The notes below the pieces were generated by a model, which did not search any database, was not told the DNA's origin, and saw only the letters and a list, made by a program, of their open reading frames with translations. A stretch of 64,000 bases of DNA from Eledone cirrhosa (lineage: Eukaryota): assembly GCA_964016885.1 (NCBI GenBank), contig OZ024757.1, forward strand, positions 40,486,001 to 40,550,000, in the 5' to 3' direction. Position 1 is the first letter of the stretch. Every line of letters starts with the position of its first letter. Positions 27,754 through 40,200 of the stretch are shown piece after piece. The position numbers were made by a program, and so were the translations under genes.

Positions 27754-27768
27754 ATATATACATATATT

Positions 27769-27813
<45 letters not shown>

Positions 27814-27943
27814 ATGTATATATACACACACATATATATATATACATGTATGTATGTATATATACATATATATATATATACGTGTATGTATGTATGTACA
27901 TATACATATGTATATACATGTATGTATGTATGCATATATACAT

Positions 27944-28001
<58 letters not shown>

Positions 28002-28009
28002 ACACACAC

Positions 28010-28052
<43 letters not shown>

Positions 28053-28064
28053 ACACACACACAT

Positions 28065-28097
<33 letters not shown>

Positions 28098-28722
28098 TAT
28101 TAATAATATTGTGATGGAGAGAGAGTTACCGTTTCCATAACTCTCTGATTTAATGTCTTGCTAATCATCACAAGGATCTCCAGATAACTCGCTGGGCACC
28201 ATTGTTATTTGATGTTCTTTTTTGTAGTTTTTGTGTGTGTTTTTCATTTGTTTTTCTTTTCATACTTTATAAATGTGCTTTAAAAGAATGGAACACCTTG
28301 ATATGAATATAAAATTATTAGATTATCCATGATTAATTTTCAATTTGCATCTTTACCAGAACTATTCAAATGTCATTGGTCAAAGCATTATGAGGAGAAA
28401 AAAAAACACAGTAACAACAGCAACAAAATAAATATAATAAAATGTTACATAAAAATAAATAAATCAATAAATAATTAGAAGAATAAATAAATAAAATAAA
28501 CAAATAAATGAATATATAAATGAATGAATGCAAGGTGCTCAGTGGCAGCTTCATAATTTCGATTGAAGATATACAAAATTAAAATAACTGTAGAAGCATT
28601 TACAAGTATAAAATGTAGTTTCAAAATTGTTAGATTCTCATCGCATCTGTCTATCTACACACACAAAAACCGACACACACACACACACATATATTTATAT
28701 AGACACTTACATACATACATAC

Positions 28723-29209
28723 AAAGTAGGTTTATAATCATTAATTTTCATTACACTTTTGTAATTGTCTCGGTGGCCTAGTGGAAGGTATCATAGACGG
28801 TGGTGATCTTGGTCTGAAGTTCAATCCTGGTCGGGAGTAGTATTCCCGGTAAACACTTTCAGTTTTTTTCTATGGGATGAAAAATAAAAACTGAAAAAGT
28901 TTACATAACCCTCTCGACCAGCATTCGAACCCAAAGCCAGGAGCTCTACCGTTTAAGTACCTACCACTAGGCCACCGAGACATCTTCGATAATCTACTGA
29001 AAATTCTTACTTATAAATCTACTTTCAAAATTTTCAAAACAAAATGATGTGGTGCCGTTCATGTCTTTCTTAATGTTATTGCTCCTACTTAAGGTCGACT
29101 TCTAAATCATTTGGGTGTTCCATAAACTACATCCTGGTTTTGTTTCTCATTTATCTAGACTATATTTTAACCTGTAGTCCATGTTTCATTTCTGTTGCAC
29201 CTCATTTCT
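28723..29209. mobile_element. Fold-back element with two convergent tRNA-like Pol III units (28767-28835 +, ~28912-28981 -) and a ~185-bp one-sided extension (copy 2)
   Basis: GTCTCGGTGGCCTAGTGG at 28767 and its reverse complement ending at 28981; B boxes AGTTCAATCC / GGTTCGAATGC; outer IR AAAGTAGGTTTATAA / TTATAAATCTACTTT. Confidence 0.8.
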
Positions 29210-29316
29210 ACCCCCCCCCCACCTCTCTGTGATATTTGAATCTACTATGATTTGGGCTTACCTTATTCATAAATATATATTTTTGCATGTCAGTTAGATT
29301 CAAACTTACAATGATT

Positions 29317-29447
<131 letters not shown>

Positions 29448-30164
29448 TAACGTGTAGAAAGTACTACAACGATGTCTGAGGAAACAGCTGTTTTAAATGA
29501 AACGTATGATACTGAGAACAAAGCCCAGAGAATAATAGTAAAGTAAGAAGACAGATGATCGAGTTTAATCCACGTTTTAGCATGAATGTAGCATGTAACA
29601 TAACTAGATATGCTCCGTCAATGAGAAGAACAAAAACAATAAGAGAAAACAAACAAAAACACCAACAAGGAAACAAGAGAAAAAAAGCGAAAAGGAAAAA
29701 CACAAAAATAATTAAAAAAAGACAAATGGAGACAGAAAACGAATACACACATATATACACACATCTCTATCAGCCATGAATTTCACAAAGTATTTATTAA
29801 GAACAACGTAAAAAGGCAGGTAAATCAAAGTAAATCAACTTAATCGAAATAGCCTACTGCAACAGACGTAAAAGTATTAGGAATAAATCTTATCTCTCGT
29901 GAGAATATAATTGCAATAAAACATCTTGTTCACTCAATGGTGAATGGATAAAATAAAAGAAAAGCTGTAGGGCATAGAACTCGACTAACATCAATTGATG
30001 GCATGAAAATATACTGATTGTGCTTACGGAAAATACATTTAAAAGTAGGTTTACACAATGTCTTCATTCCCTTCACATACTGATACTGATAAAAATCAAT
30101 ATCACTCATTTTTACCTATATGCTTAGAATTTGATCGAGAATGTAAATAAAGGCTTTTAATTTT

Positions 30165-30365
30165 AACACAAGGTCAGAAATATCAAGGGGATTGGGAAGT
30201 CGATTATATGTACATAAGTACTTGAATGGTACTTTATTTTATCTGACCTTGGAATCAGAAAAGTCAAAGTGGATCTTGACCGAATTGAAGCTCAGAACGC
30301 AAAGAGCCTGAATACTTACTCCTAAGCATTTATCTGGCGCTCTGCCGATTCTGTCAGTCCGCAAG
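30165..30365 (-). mobile_element. Old degenerate SINE (Meta/MESC-like core)
   Basis: CACAAGG...AAGTCGATTA...GGTACTTTATTTTATC...CAAAGT...GAAGCTCAGAACG. Confidence 0.65.
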
Positions 30366-30489
30366 GCTAATCATTAATTTCTCCCAAAGAATGTATGACT
30401 GACAAGCATTATATAATATTGCATGTAAGATCTATAATAAAAAAAATAAGAGCCCTATTAATATCTTAGCCGTCCTAGTAGGTCGATGG

Positions 30490-30695
30490 ATTGGCAGTAT
30501 TGGTAAGGTGTCGGCAATAAGCTTTGCAGCATATAGTTACGTTCATTTACATTCCGAGTTCAAATCCCGCCGAGGTTAGCTTTGTTTCATCTTTACTGAG
30601 GTCCATAAAATAAAGTACCAGCAACGTACTGAGGTCGAATTAAGTGGCTTTGTCCGCGCTTAAAATTGTTGGCTTTTTGCCTAAATTAGAAACAA
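30490..30695 (+). mobile_element. SINE (Meta/MESC-like core)
   Basis: TTGGCAGTATTGG...GAGTTCAAATCCCGCCGAGG...AAATAAAGTACCAG. Confidence 0.8.
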
Positions 30696-31597
30696 GATTT
30701 TACGTCATAACTGAATTCTAAGTGGTGATAGGTATCTCTGGGAGGTTAAACAGTTCATTTTGCAATCCTGAACTATAATGAATAAACAGTATTAAACAAA
30801 TGGGGGACGTTCTACGAGTAGTTTTGATCTGCAAGAAATAGCAGTCAAATGTCTTTAAAATTCCACAGTATCTTCTTAAAGGAAGGACAGAATGGCCTAA
30901 TTATGTTTGGGTTACACTGTATCTGATAAGGTCAGAATGACACAATGGCTAAAACTTCATTGGGTTTGAATGAAACTAATTAACAACAGTTCAACAACAA
31001 GAACAACAACAATAACAACAATAACACCTACGACTATGACAGCAGCAATAACACCAATCATGACAAACAACGGCAATAAAACAAACAACACCCACCACCA
31101 ACACTAACACCAACGAGAGCAACTGTAAACAGGGAATCAGCAATTTTTTCGACATAAATGTTTCCTAGCTAAGTCAATTTTAAAAATAGACCCCTTGATT
31201 ATAGATGTGTTCAATTAGGGATACACTGAAACCAAACCAGAACAGCAACTACAGAAGAAACAACAACAGTAACAACAGCAATAACAATAAAAGAAATAGC
31301 AACAACAGCAACTAGATATCAACAACATCGACAGTAACAACAATAGGTAACAGAAGACAAACAACAGTAGCAACAGCAGCATCAGTGACATCAGCAGTAG
31401 TAACGACAACAATAACAACAACGACAACTGTAATGAAGTTAGTGCCCACTTCCCACTGAAAATCATGTGTTTAGAATATTTCCAAAGATGGCTTATCTTG
31501 ATTAGGTCGGACAGGGAGTAAATCATCATCATCGTCATCATCATGGTCATCACGAGAAGCAGTACATTCTCTTGGTACGTACGACCTTATATTATAT

Positions 31598-31772
31598 GGT
31601 GGAGTGGCAGTATCGGTAGAGAGTCGGACTCCATGCTTTGTAGCAAAGAGTTACGGCCCTTGCCATTCTGAGTTTAAATCCCGCCGAGGTTAACTTTATT
31701 TTATCGACCCCGTAAGGATGAAAGGCAAAGTACCAGTAATTGCTGCCCTTGTGCCAAAAAGTTGAAACAATT
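31598..31772 (+). mobile_element. SINE (Meta/MESC-like core) with an internal 29-bp micro-inversion
   Basis: Head and tail are on + but 31698-31726 reads as the reverse complement of the consensus core. Confidence 0.9.
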
Positions 31773-33007
31773 ATATGATAGAATGATTTTGATCAGAGGC
31801 TTGTTCGACTAGGGCTGATATCAAAACTGAACAACAACAACTTCTAAAACTACTACTACTACAGCCGAGACAACAATAAAAACAACAACAACAACAGTGA
31901 CAACAACAACACAACACCAGTAACCACAACAGCTGTGACAATAACAGCAGCAACAACAACAACAACAGCTGTGAGAACAACAACAACAACAGCAGTAACA
32001 ACAACAACAACATCGATTTCTCTGGGCACTGATATCCTTACAGAATGCTTTTGATCAAATAACTGTTGGACTACGGAAGATGTGAAGTAAAAAGTTGAAA
32101 CAAAAGAGGCAAAAAACAACAGCAACAGCTACAATAACAACATCAACAACAACAGCAGCAACAACAACAGTAACATCAGCAACAACAACAGTAACATCAG
32201 CAATAACAACAACAACATTGGTAGGAGACTTATCGGCAACAGCAAATTTTCTAAGTAGTCTTTTTCCCTATAGAATAGTTTTCATCAAATTTCTCCTCGA
32301 GCGAGTCTCACCTGTAACTAAAACACTACCCCTACCACCACCACTACCACCACCACTACCACCACCACAACCAGCACTACCACCAGCACTACCACCACCA
32401 CTACCACCACTACCAACAACACCACCATACACACCACAACTACCACTACCACGGCGACGACAACCATCACCACCACCACTACCACCACCATCATTACCAC
32501 CACCACTACCACCACCATCATTACCACCACCACCATTACCACCACCACCACCAGCACCAACATCAACAGCAACACTACCAACACCAACAACAACCACCAC
32601 CGCCAATAACAAGAACAACAATATCAACGACAGCAACAACAACAATAACGACGACCACAACAACAACAATAACCACAGCAACAACAACGACATCAATATC
32701 AACAACAGCAGCAACATCAACAACAGTAACAACAACAACAACACCTTATTAAACCTATTTCTTGAAGCTGCGGCGTCTCTAACCTGAATAATATCGATTC
32801 CCGTGAAACAGCGAGAAAGCCAGAAAACAAGACAAAAAAAAAAAAAAAAAAGTCTCGGAAAAAATGTCTAGTAAAGTTAGAGTGAAGTACTATGTAATTG
32901 CTTTTTGCCACAGAGTCTGTGAGACTGTCACACTCGTGTTGTGAAATATAGTTACATGTTAATGGCAGATTGTCCTAGCATCAGATATCATATTGCCAAC
33001 ATATAAT

Positions 33008-33450
33008 GGTTTCTACTTTTGGCACAAGGCCAGCAATTATTCCAGTGCATTACTGGTACTTTATTTTATCGACCCCGTAATAATTGTTTCTACTTTTGGC
33101 ACAAGGCGCATGAATTAGTGGTTAGAGCATTGGCCTTGCAATCGAAAGGTTGTGAGTTTAATTCTCGGACCGGGTGATGTGTTGTTTCCTTGAGCAAGAC
33201 ACTTTATTTCACGTTGCTCCAGTTTACTCAGCTCTAGAAATGAGATGATAGGACTGGGGTCCCTATCATTAAATCACCTAAGACACCTCCAACAAGATAT
33301 ACCTTGGAGGAGGGCAGCTAAACCTGCATAGGTGAGAGCTGTCACGCACACACAAGGCCAGCAAGCATACAGTGTATTACTGGTACTTTATTTTATAGAC
33401 GCCCGTAAGGATGAAAGGCAAAGTTAATCTCGGCGGGATTTGAACTCAGA
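33008..33450 (-). mobile_element. Two partial SINE copies (Meta/MESC-like core), the second interrupted by a CORE-like SINE
   Basis: TTTCTACTTTTGGCACAAGGC at 33087-33107 resumes as CACAAGGCCAGC at 33351. Confidence 0.85.
33105..33355 (+). mobile_element. Full-length tRNA-headed CORE-like SINE with (CA)n tail, nested, with apparent TSD CACAA(GGC)
   Basis: GGCGCATGAATTAGTGGTTAGAGCATTGG...GAGTTTAATTCTC...TCCTTGAGCAAGACACTTTATTTCACGTTGCTCCAG...GTCACGCACACAC. Confidence 0.88.
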
Positions 33451-33521
33451 AAGGAAAGAGATGAAACTATATACCACAAAAATGTTATCCACTGCTCTAA
33501 GGACTCTATGGAATCTATGCG

Positions 33522-33619
<98 letters not shown>

Positions 33620-33810
33620 TGTGGTGGAGTGGTTAGTGTGCCGGTTTTATGATCACAATGTCGTTCGTTCGATTCATGAACTGTGGTGTGTATTATGTTT
33701 TGAAGACAAAGATATAATTTCATGTTGCTCCAGTATACTCAGCTGAAAATACTTAGAAGCCAGTAGGTGAGAGTTAAACTTGTGAAGGACTGGCGTCCTG
33801 TCCAGGGGTG
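33620..33810 (+). mobile_element. Degenerate CORE-like SINE
   Basis: TGGAGTGGTTAG...GTTCGATTC...TTTCATGTTGCTCCAGTATACTCAGCTG...GGACTGGCGTCCTGTCCAGGGG. Confidence 0.65.
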
Positions 33811-34160
33811 AGTGAGCCTTTTACAGTCAGGAGCTTAACCGTGAGGACACCAGCATAGAAGCCCTACCAGTCTGATGTCTCTACAAGCTTGGGACTGAAT
33901 TTAACTTCAACTATTAACAAGTACTAGGTCTCATTTAATTAATTTTGCCCTTCCACCATATTTGCTGATTTTGTACCTTGATTAGAAATCAATTACTAAA
34001 AGGTTGCTGTTGTCATTGTTATTATTGTAGTTGTTGTTGCAGTATTTTTTATTATTTTTTTACGTATTGTTTGATGCTGTATTTTGTTGTTTTTTGTCTA
34101 TTATATCGTTTTGTTTTGTTTAATTTTTTTCACTTTATTATTTCGTATATGTTGTGGATT

Positions 34161-34347
34161 GGCGGTGGATTTGCAGTATCAGTAGAGAGTCGGACGCCAT
34201 GCTTTCCAGCATAGTTACGTCCCTTTACGATCTGAGTTCAAATCCCGCCGAGGTTGACTTTGCCTTTCATCCTTACGGGTTCGATAAAATAAAGTACCAG
34301 TAATGCACTGGGTAATTGTTGGCCTTGTGCCTAAAGTAGAAACAATT
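34161..34347 (+). mobile_element. Full-length SINE (Meta/MESC-like core)
   Basis: GGCGGTGGATTTGCAGTATC...GAGTTCAAATCCCGCCGAGGTTGACTTTGCCTTTCATCCTTACGGG...TAGAAACAATT. Confidence 0.9.
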
Positions 34348-34930
34348 ATTTCGTATATGTTGTATTTAATACAAACAAATAATTGAAGTTTAACATTTAA
34401 ATTTAAGAATAAAAGAAGAACATTAACAAAACAACAGCAACAACAACAACAACAACACCAGCAACAACACCAAGAACAGCAACAACAACACCAACAGCAA
34501 CAACAAGAGCAACACCACCAACAGCAACAACAACAACAGCAACAACACCAACAGCAAGACCAACAACAAGAGCAACACCACCAACAACAGCAACAACAGC
34601 AACAACAGCAACAACGACAGCAAGAACAACCATTGTTTACGTTAGTGCAGCACACACAGGAAATAAAACACACACCTCCATATTAGATGCTTTTTATGAC
34701 AGACAACCAGAACAGAAGCAAACAATATGAGAAAAAAATAAGACAAAACAAAGACAAACAAAAGTAAACAGTAATTAAATAAATGAATAAAATAAAAATA
34801 AAAATAAAAATAAATTAACGAATGTAAAAAATAGAAAGAGATAAGACTAGAGAAAGATGGACGATAAGAAGGTAAAAATATATTAGATAATAAATATAAA
34901 AATAAAAATAATATTACTACTAATAATAAT

Positions 34931-35465
34931 TGTTTCTATTTTAGGCACAAGGCCAGCTATTTGGTCGAGGAGAAAGTTGATTAGATTGACCCAGTTCATT
35001 ACTGGTACTTCATTTATCGACTCCGTAAGGATGGAAGGTAAAGTTAATAATAGGAATTGTTTCTACTTTTGGAACAAGGCAATGAATGACCCAGTGCATT
35101 ACTGGTACTTTATTTTATCGACCCGGAAAGATGAAAAGCAAATCTAACATCGGTGGGATTTGAATTCAGAACATAAAGGGCTATAACTCTATGCTGCAAA
35201 ACATGGTGTATGACATTCTACTAATACAGCCAAACCACCTAATAATGGTTTCTTATATAGGCACAAGCCCAGCAATTTTTGGTGAGGGGAAAGTCGATTA
35301 AATCGACCCCAGTACATAACTGCTACTTTATTTTAATTTTATCGACCACGTAAGGATGAAAGGCAAAGTTAACCTCGGCGGGATTTGAACTCAGAACGTA
35401 AAGGACCATAACTCTATGCTGCAAAGCATAGTGTCTGACACTTTACCAATACTGCCAAACCACCT
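34931..35465 (-). mobile_element. Cluster of three head-to-tail SINE copies (Meta/MESC-like core)
   Basis: Units start at ~34931, ~35056 and ~35246. Confidence 0.88.
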
Positions 35466-36004
35466 AATACTAATAATAACAATAATTGTTTCATTTATTT
35501 GCCACAAGGGACGACATATAGGGGACAATAGACGAGGAGAGTGGGGGATTTTACACAAAAGCTCGAGTAAAAAAAATAGGAAAACAACAACAGCAACAAC
35601 AACAACAATAATAATAATAATAATAAAAATAATAATAATAATGGTGTATTTATTGGCCACAAGGGCCAACATAATAATAATATTAATAATCATAATAACA
35701 GTAATAACAACAATAGTAAAAATAAAAATAAATCCAACAGCAAACAACATTGGTAATGAAGACTAAATGAAGTACATCATCGATTTTTTGCCAATACATG
35801 GCATTAATTTCCGGACAACTTTCACTGAAAAGTTTCCAATATAATGCAAAAGTGTTAATGTGTTTGTAAAGAGGTTACATTACAAATGGAGTCACATTCT
35901 AGCTTTAGATATAGTGTGAATGGCTGGATATATATTCACATCCAAACAACAAATACTGAATACACATGTACTATCCACGTAATAAACTATCTTAAACTTA
36001 TGTA

Positions 36005-36041
<37 letters not shown>

Positions 36042-36115
36042 CGTGTGTATATTTGTATATATGTATATGTACATATACGCGCATATACTCATGCATATAT
36101 ATATATATATATATA

Positions 36116-36217
36116 AAACGAAGGAGTTGTGGTAAGGAACCAGATGGACCATAACGCACCAGAGTACTCAATACTTAGGGTAGTAGAGTGGGTAATAGGA
36201 GAATGTATGATCCCGAC
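36116..36217. mobile_element. Family D terminal fragment within TA/CA microsatellite
   Basis: Nearly identical to 46753-46853 (GTGGTAAGGAACCAGATGGACCATAACGCACCAGAGTACTCAATACTTAGGGTAGTAGAGTGGG). Confidence 0.85.
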
Positions 36218-36334
36218 ATACATACATATATGGATCTTCACCATTTACACAACAGTGAATACACGTCCACCTAATCACAATCTTAGACATATGCAAAAAA
36301 GATACAACCACATTCATATATATACATATATACA

Positions 36335-36426
<92 letters not shown>

Positions 36427-37029
36427 CGTGTTTGTATGTATATATATATATATATATATAAATACATATATAAACACATATTTGTATATCCTTTCAAAGT
36501 AAAATCACCTCGTTTCGCAGTTCTTGAGAATCCGAGGTGTTAGAGAATGTAAGAAAGGAAAAAAAAGAGAAAATAAGAGAGTGAACGATGAGATGCCAGT
36601 GATAAATTGGAGGATACATTAGAGCAGACAAATAAAAAAGAGGAAACCGATGATGATAGAAACATGACCAATTAAAGAAGTCAATAGGTTTAAACGTAGG
36701 TGTGATATGTGTATCCATTCACACATACACAAATATACACATGCATACCATACATACTCTTCCGCTCAAAGATACATACACACACACATACCCACTGACA
36801 CGCACCCACACAGACATATGCACGTACTTACACAATTACACACAGAGAGCAGATGCTACACATGTATATATATATATATATATATACACCCACGTGTACG
36901 CACAAAAACACGCATAGAAACGCATGCACATTATATAAATAATTATATATATATATTTCGTTTCTGAATTTGTTTAGCAATATTCTTTATCTGAAATCGT
37001 GTGTTGAAACCGATATTGTCTTTTTAATT

Positions 37030-37103
37030 TATACTTTAGGAGGGTCATGTTGCCAATAAGAAACGTGTGTTTCTTATTGGCAACATGACCCTCCCAAAGT
37101 ATA
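37030..37103. repeat. Hairpin with ~35-bp arms
   Basis: GGAGGGTCATGTTGCCAATAAGAAAC-GTGT-GTTTCTTATTGGCAACATGACCCTCC. Confidence 0.9.
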
Positions 37104-37269
37104 ACAATATATATATATATATCCTGACATGAAATGAAATAGTTGAATAAATTATGAATTAAGGTATCAATGACCTTGTAAATAAATGCAGAACAAATAC
37201 TGGAGGTGAGAGTGGAAACTATTGTATATCTATATCTATATATATCCATCCCACCCCTCCCTTTAATAT

Positions 37270-37383
37270 CTCTTATTTCTCATTCTTTCTTCTGGTGAAT
37301 GACTGGCGTCCGAAACGTTAAGACCCTCTTACTGCTATTTCAAGCGTTAATCTATTTATTCCTTCCATATACTGTACCGATTT
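37270..37383 (+). mobile_element. Family E element with a degenerate HHR (CTGGTGA...GAAACGTT)
   Basis: Reverse-complement homologue of 61979-62090 and 62350-62442. Confidence 0.75.
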
Positions 37384-37474
<91 letters not shown>

Positions 37475-37478
<4 letters not shown>

Positions 37479-37688
37479 AAGGAAAAGCGAAGTAGTTTCA
37501 GATGTTCAAGTCCTTTAATAATAATGCTGTGATATATATTTCAATTGAAATATATATCACAGCATTATTATTAAAGGACTTGAACATCTGAAACTACTTC
37601 GCTTTTCCTTATTCGATATTTACTCCGACACTCCTATGTGGAAAAAGTACGTTGAGTGCTTGAATTGAATTGCATCAATATTTACCCT

Positions 37689-37694
<6 letters not shown>
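37475..37694. mobile_element. Fold-back element, family F: perfect 140-bp spacerless palindrome (37475-37614) plus an 80-bp extension, between (TA)n tracts
   Basis: Centre TTTCAA|TTGAAA at 37544/37545; each arm begins GAAATATATATC (resembles the HHR 3' half). Confidence 0.85.
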
Positions 37695-37726
<32 letters not shown>

Positions 37727-37981
37727 CAAATATTAATAAATATAGTCATTCAACATAATCAAAATATATTTTATTATATATATTTCGAAGGTACTGTCTA
37801 TATTTATTAATATTTTGAATTAATCTTAATAACTCCAGAAAACTTAACTGTTGAGAGCTTCTAATCTATTGTAAAACTATATTCATTGATTAATCAATGA
37901 ACTTTCTTTAACTTTTGGTTATATATATATATTAATAAAATAATGAATAAACAAAGAAACAGTTCCTTATATTAAAAAAAT

Positions 37982-38123
37982 TCATCATTTTACGATCGTT
38001 TCTAGGATATATATGTGTTAGAGTTGGTATGCATATTCTATAGATCTATGTACAATATTTATACAAACTATCTGAGGGAATATACATACCTACACATATA
38101 TATGCTGTCTTCAGAAATAATGA
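37982..38123 (-). ncRNA. Type I HHR with a long stem II insertion
   Basis: Minus: TCATTATTT-CTGAAGA-CAGCATATATATGTG...CACATATATATCCTA-GAAAC-GATC-GTA-AAATGATGA; 9-bp stem I, intact core, palindromic ACGATCGT stem III. Confidence 0.75.
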
Positions 38124-38432
38124 TATTTGTTTATTGAAAAAAACAAAGATTCAATACAATAGGTCTGTTTGGGAACATGTTTTGAATTGACCAATAGAGA
38201 GATAGTGAGGGTCAGGATAGTAATATAGTAGTAGAAGAACTTTAAATTATGGGTAGAGGAAGGTAGATTTCAGTTTTGGATGGAAAAGAATATTATGAAT
38301 GAAGGATTATTTTAGGGAAGAAATAGGTCTTATGCTGACCTCAGAAATAATTTTATTTTTTCATTGAATAAAACCAACAAAGATCTAATATATTCTGTTT
38401 GTTTATATATTCTGTCTAATATATTCTCTCTG

Positions 38433-38470
<38 letters not shown>

Positions 38471-38916
38471 TAAGCAATGTTGACTCGAAGGCCGAGCCAG
38501 AACGGGAGTGTATTATAATTCCTAATACTAAGAATTATTTCTTTATTAGCCAAACAGGGTTCACATTAAGGAAACATTAAACACAGTACAGGACAGAAAT
38601 CATAATATTTTTTATATTTTTTTGTCAGAAGAACAGCGGATGAGGGAACACTAATATGGTAATGGGGAGTCATTAGCCTCGTTTATAGGCGAGGGGACAG
38701 GAAAAAGATGTAGGGTATAAAACAATATTGAAATTAGGGAGGGAGCATTGTAATGAGATATCTGAATAGAAGAGTTTAGGGAGCAGCCATATGGAGCTAA
38801 TCAAAGAACACTAAATATACTGGATTGCTCTTACCCTAACTGCCGAGAGTAATTACTCCCGCCTGGATATATTGTATTGCAGACTCAGTACAGACACATG
38901 GCACACACACACACAC

Positions 38917-38976
<60 letters not shown>

Positions 38977-38980
<4 letters not shown>

Positions 38981-39036
38981 AAAGGCTTCTACAGGACTAG
39001 CACTGTTTCATTCGAGAGGAATCATCAGGAGGCTTC
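38977..39036 (-). ncRNA. Family B HHR-like motif
   Basis: Minus: CTGATGA-TTC CTCTC GAA-T-GAAAC-AGTGCTA-GTC-CTGTAGAAGCC; stem I not evident. Confidence 0.5.
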
Positions 39037-39202
39037 TCGGGTGAACCTACAGTAACTCCAAGTTACAAGTTACACTCCCTGTATGTATGTATGTATGTAT
39101 ATATATATACATATATATATACACATATGTATACAGGTATATATATATACACATGCATATGTATATAGATATTAAGAAGGGCGAAATGTGGCTTCGTTTA
39201 TT

Positions 39203-39295
<93 letters not shown>

Positions 39296-39619
39296 TACAC
39301 ATATGAAAACACCGGGTGATCATAACTAAAATATCTTTGATTATAGTTCTATTCCATGTGAGCTGACCTAAAGATAATCACTGACAACAACAACAACTGC
39401 AACAACAACAGCAAAATTTCAGTAAAATTACTGAAGAGCAAGCACCACCCTCACCACCTTTACCCTCTACTCCCAGTGGAACTTAATATAACTTCAAATT
39501 TTGGCATAATGCCACCAATAGTGGGAAGAATGTTTGGTCGATATTATGACATTGCATCTAAAGACTCTATACTGTATTATATCACAAATATTATATATAC
39601 TAAATTGTCTACAGTGCTA

Positions 39620-40200
39620 GCCCGTGGCGTAGTGGTTAAGGTGTTCGATATACACACAACTTCATTAGTCAGTGAGTTCTATTTATGCTGGCACCTGGTC
39701 TAGTTGAAGGGTGTTTGAATTAAGATAATAATGCCAAGAGTTCTAGTCCTCGACTGGGTTGTGTGTTGTGTTCTTGTGTGCTTTTATCTCAGGTTGCTCC
39801 AGTATACGCAACTGGAAATGAGTTCCAGCAATAGCTGGGTGTTTAACCCTGGGATAGGTAGGCGTCATGTCCAAAGGAGGATTCTAGTACGGCCTCCTGG
39901 TAATGATCTTGGACTTACGATCATAATGTTATAGGTTCGATTCAAGGACTGGGTTTTTTTCTTGTTTCCTTGAGCAAAACATTTCATTTCATGTTGATAC
40001 TCATCTGAAATTGTGTACCAGAAATAGCTGAGAGTTTAACCCTGCGATAGACAGGCATCCTGTCTTGTACGGCCTAGGGGTACGGAAGTTGGACTTAAGG
40101 TCATAATATCATTGGTACGATTCAAAGATACTAAGCTGAAAATAAGTACCACCAATATCTGGGCGTTTATCCCTACGATGGATTGTCATCTTGTCAAAGG
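39620..40200 (+). mobile_element. Three tandem degenerate CORE-like SINE units
   Basis: TGGCGTAGTGGTTAAGG...; GGACTTACGATCATAATG...GGTTCGATTC...TCCTTGAGCAAAAC; TTAACCCTG-GATAG repeated three times. Confidence 0.6.

Noticed and set aside
32095-32787. 230-aa poly-Pro/Asn ORF resembling a formin FH1 region
   Set aside because: It consists of (CCA)n/(CAA)n repeats, is equally open on the other strand, and has no FH2 domain or exon context.
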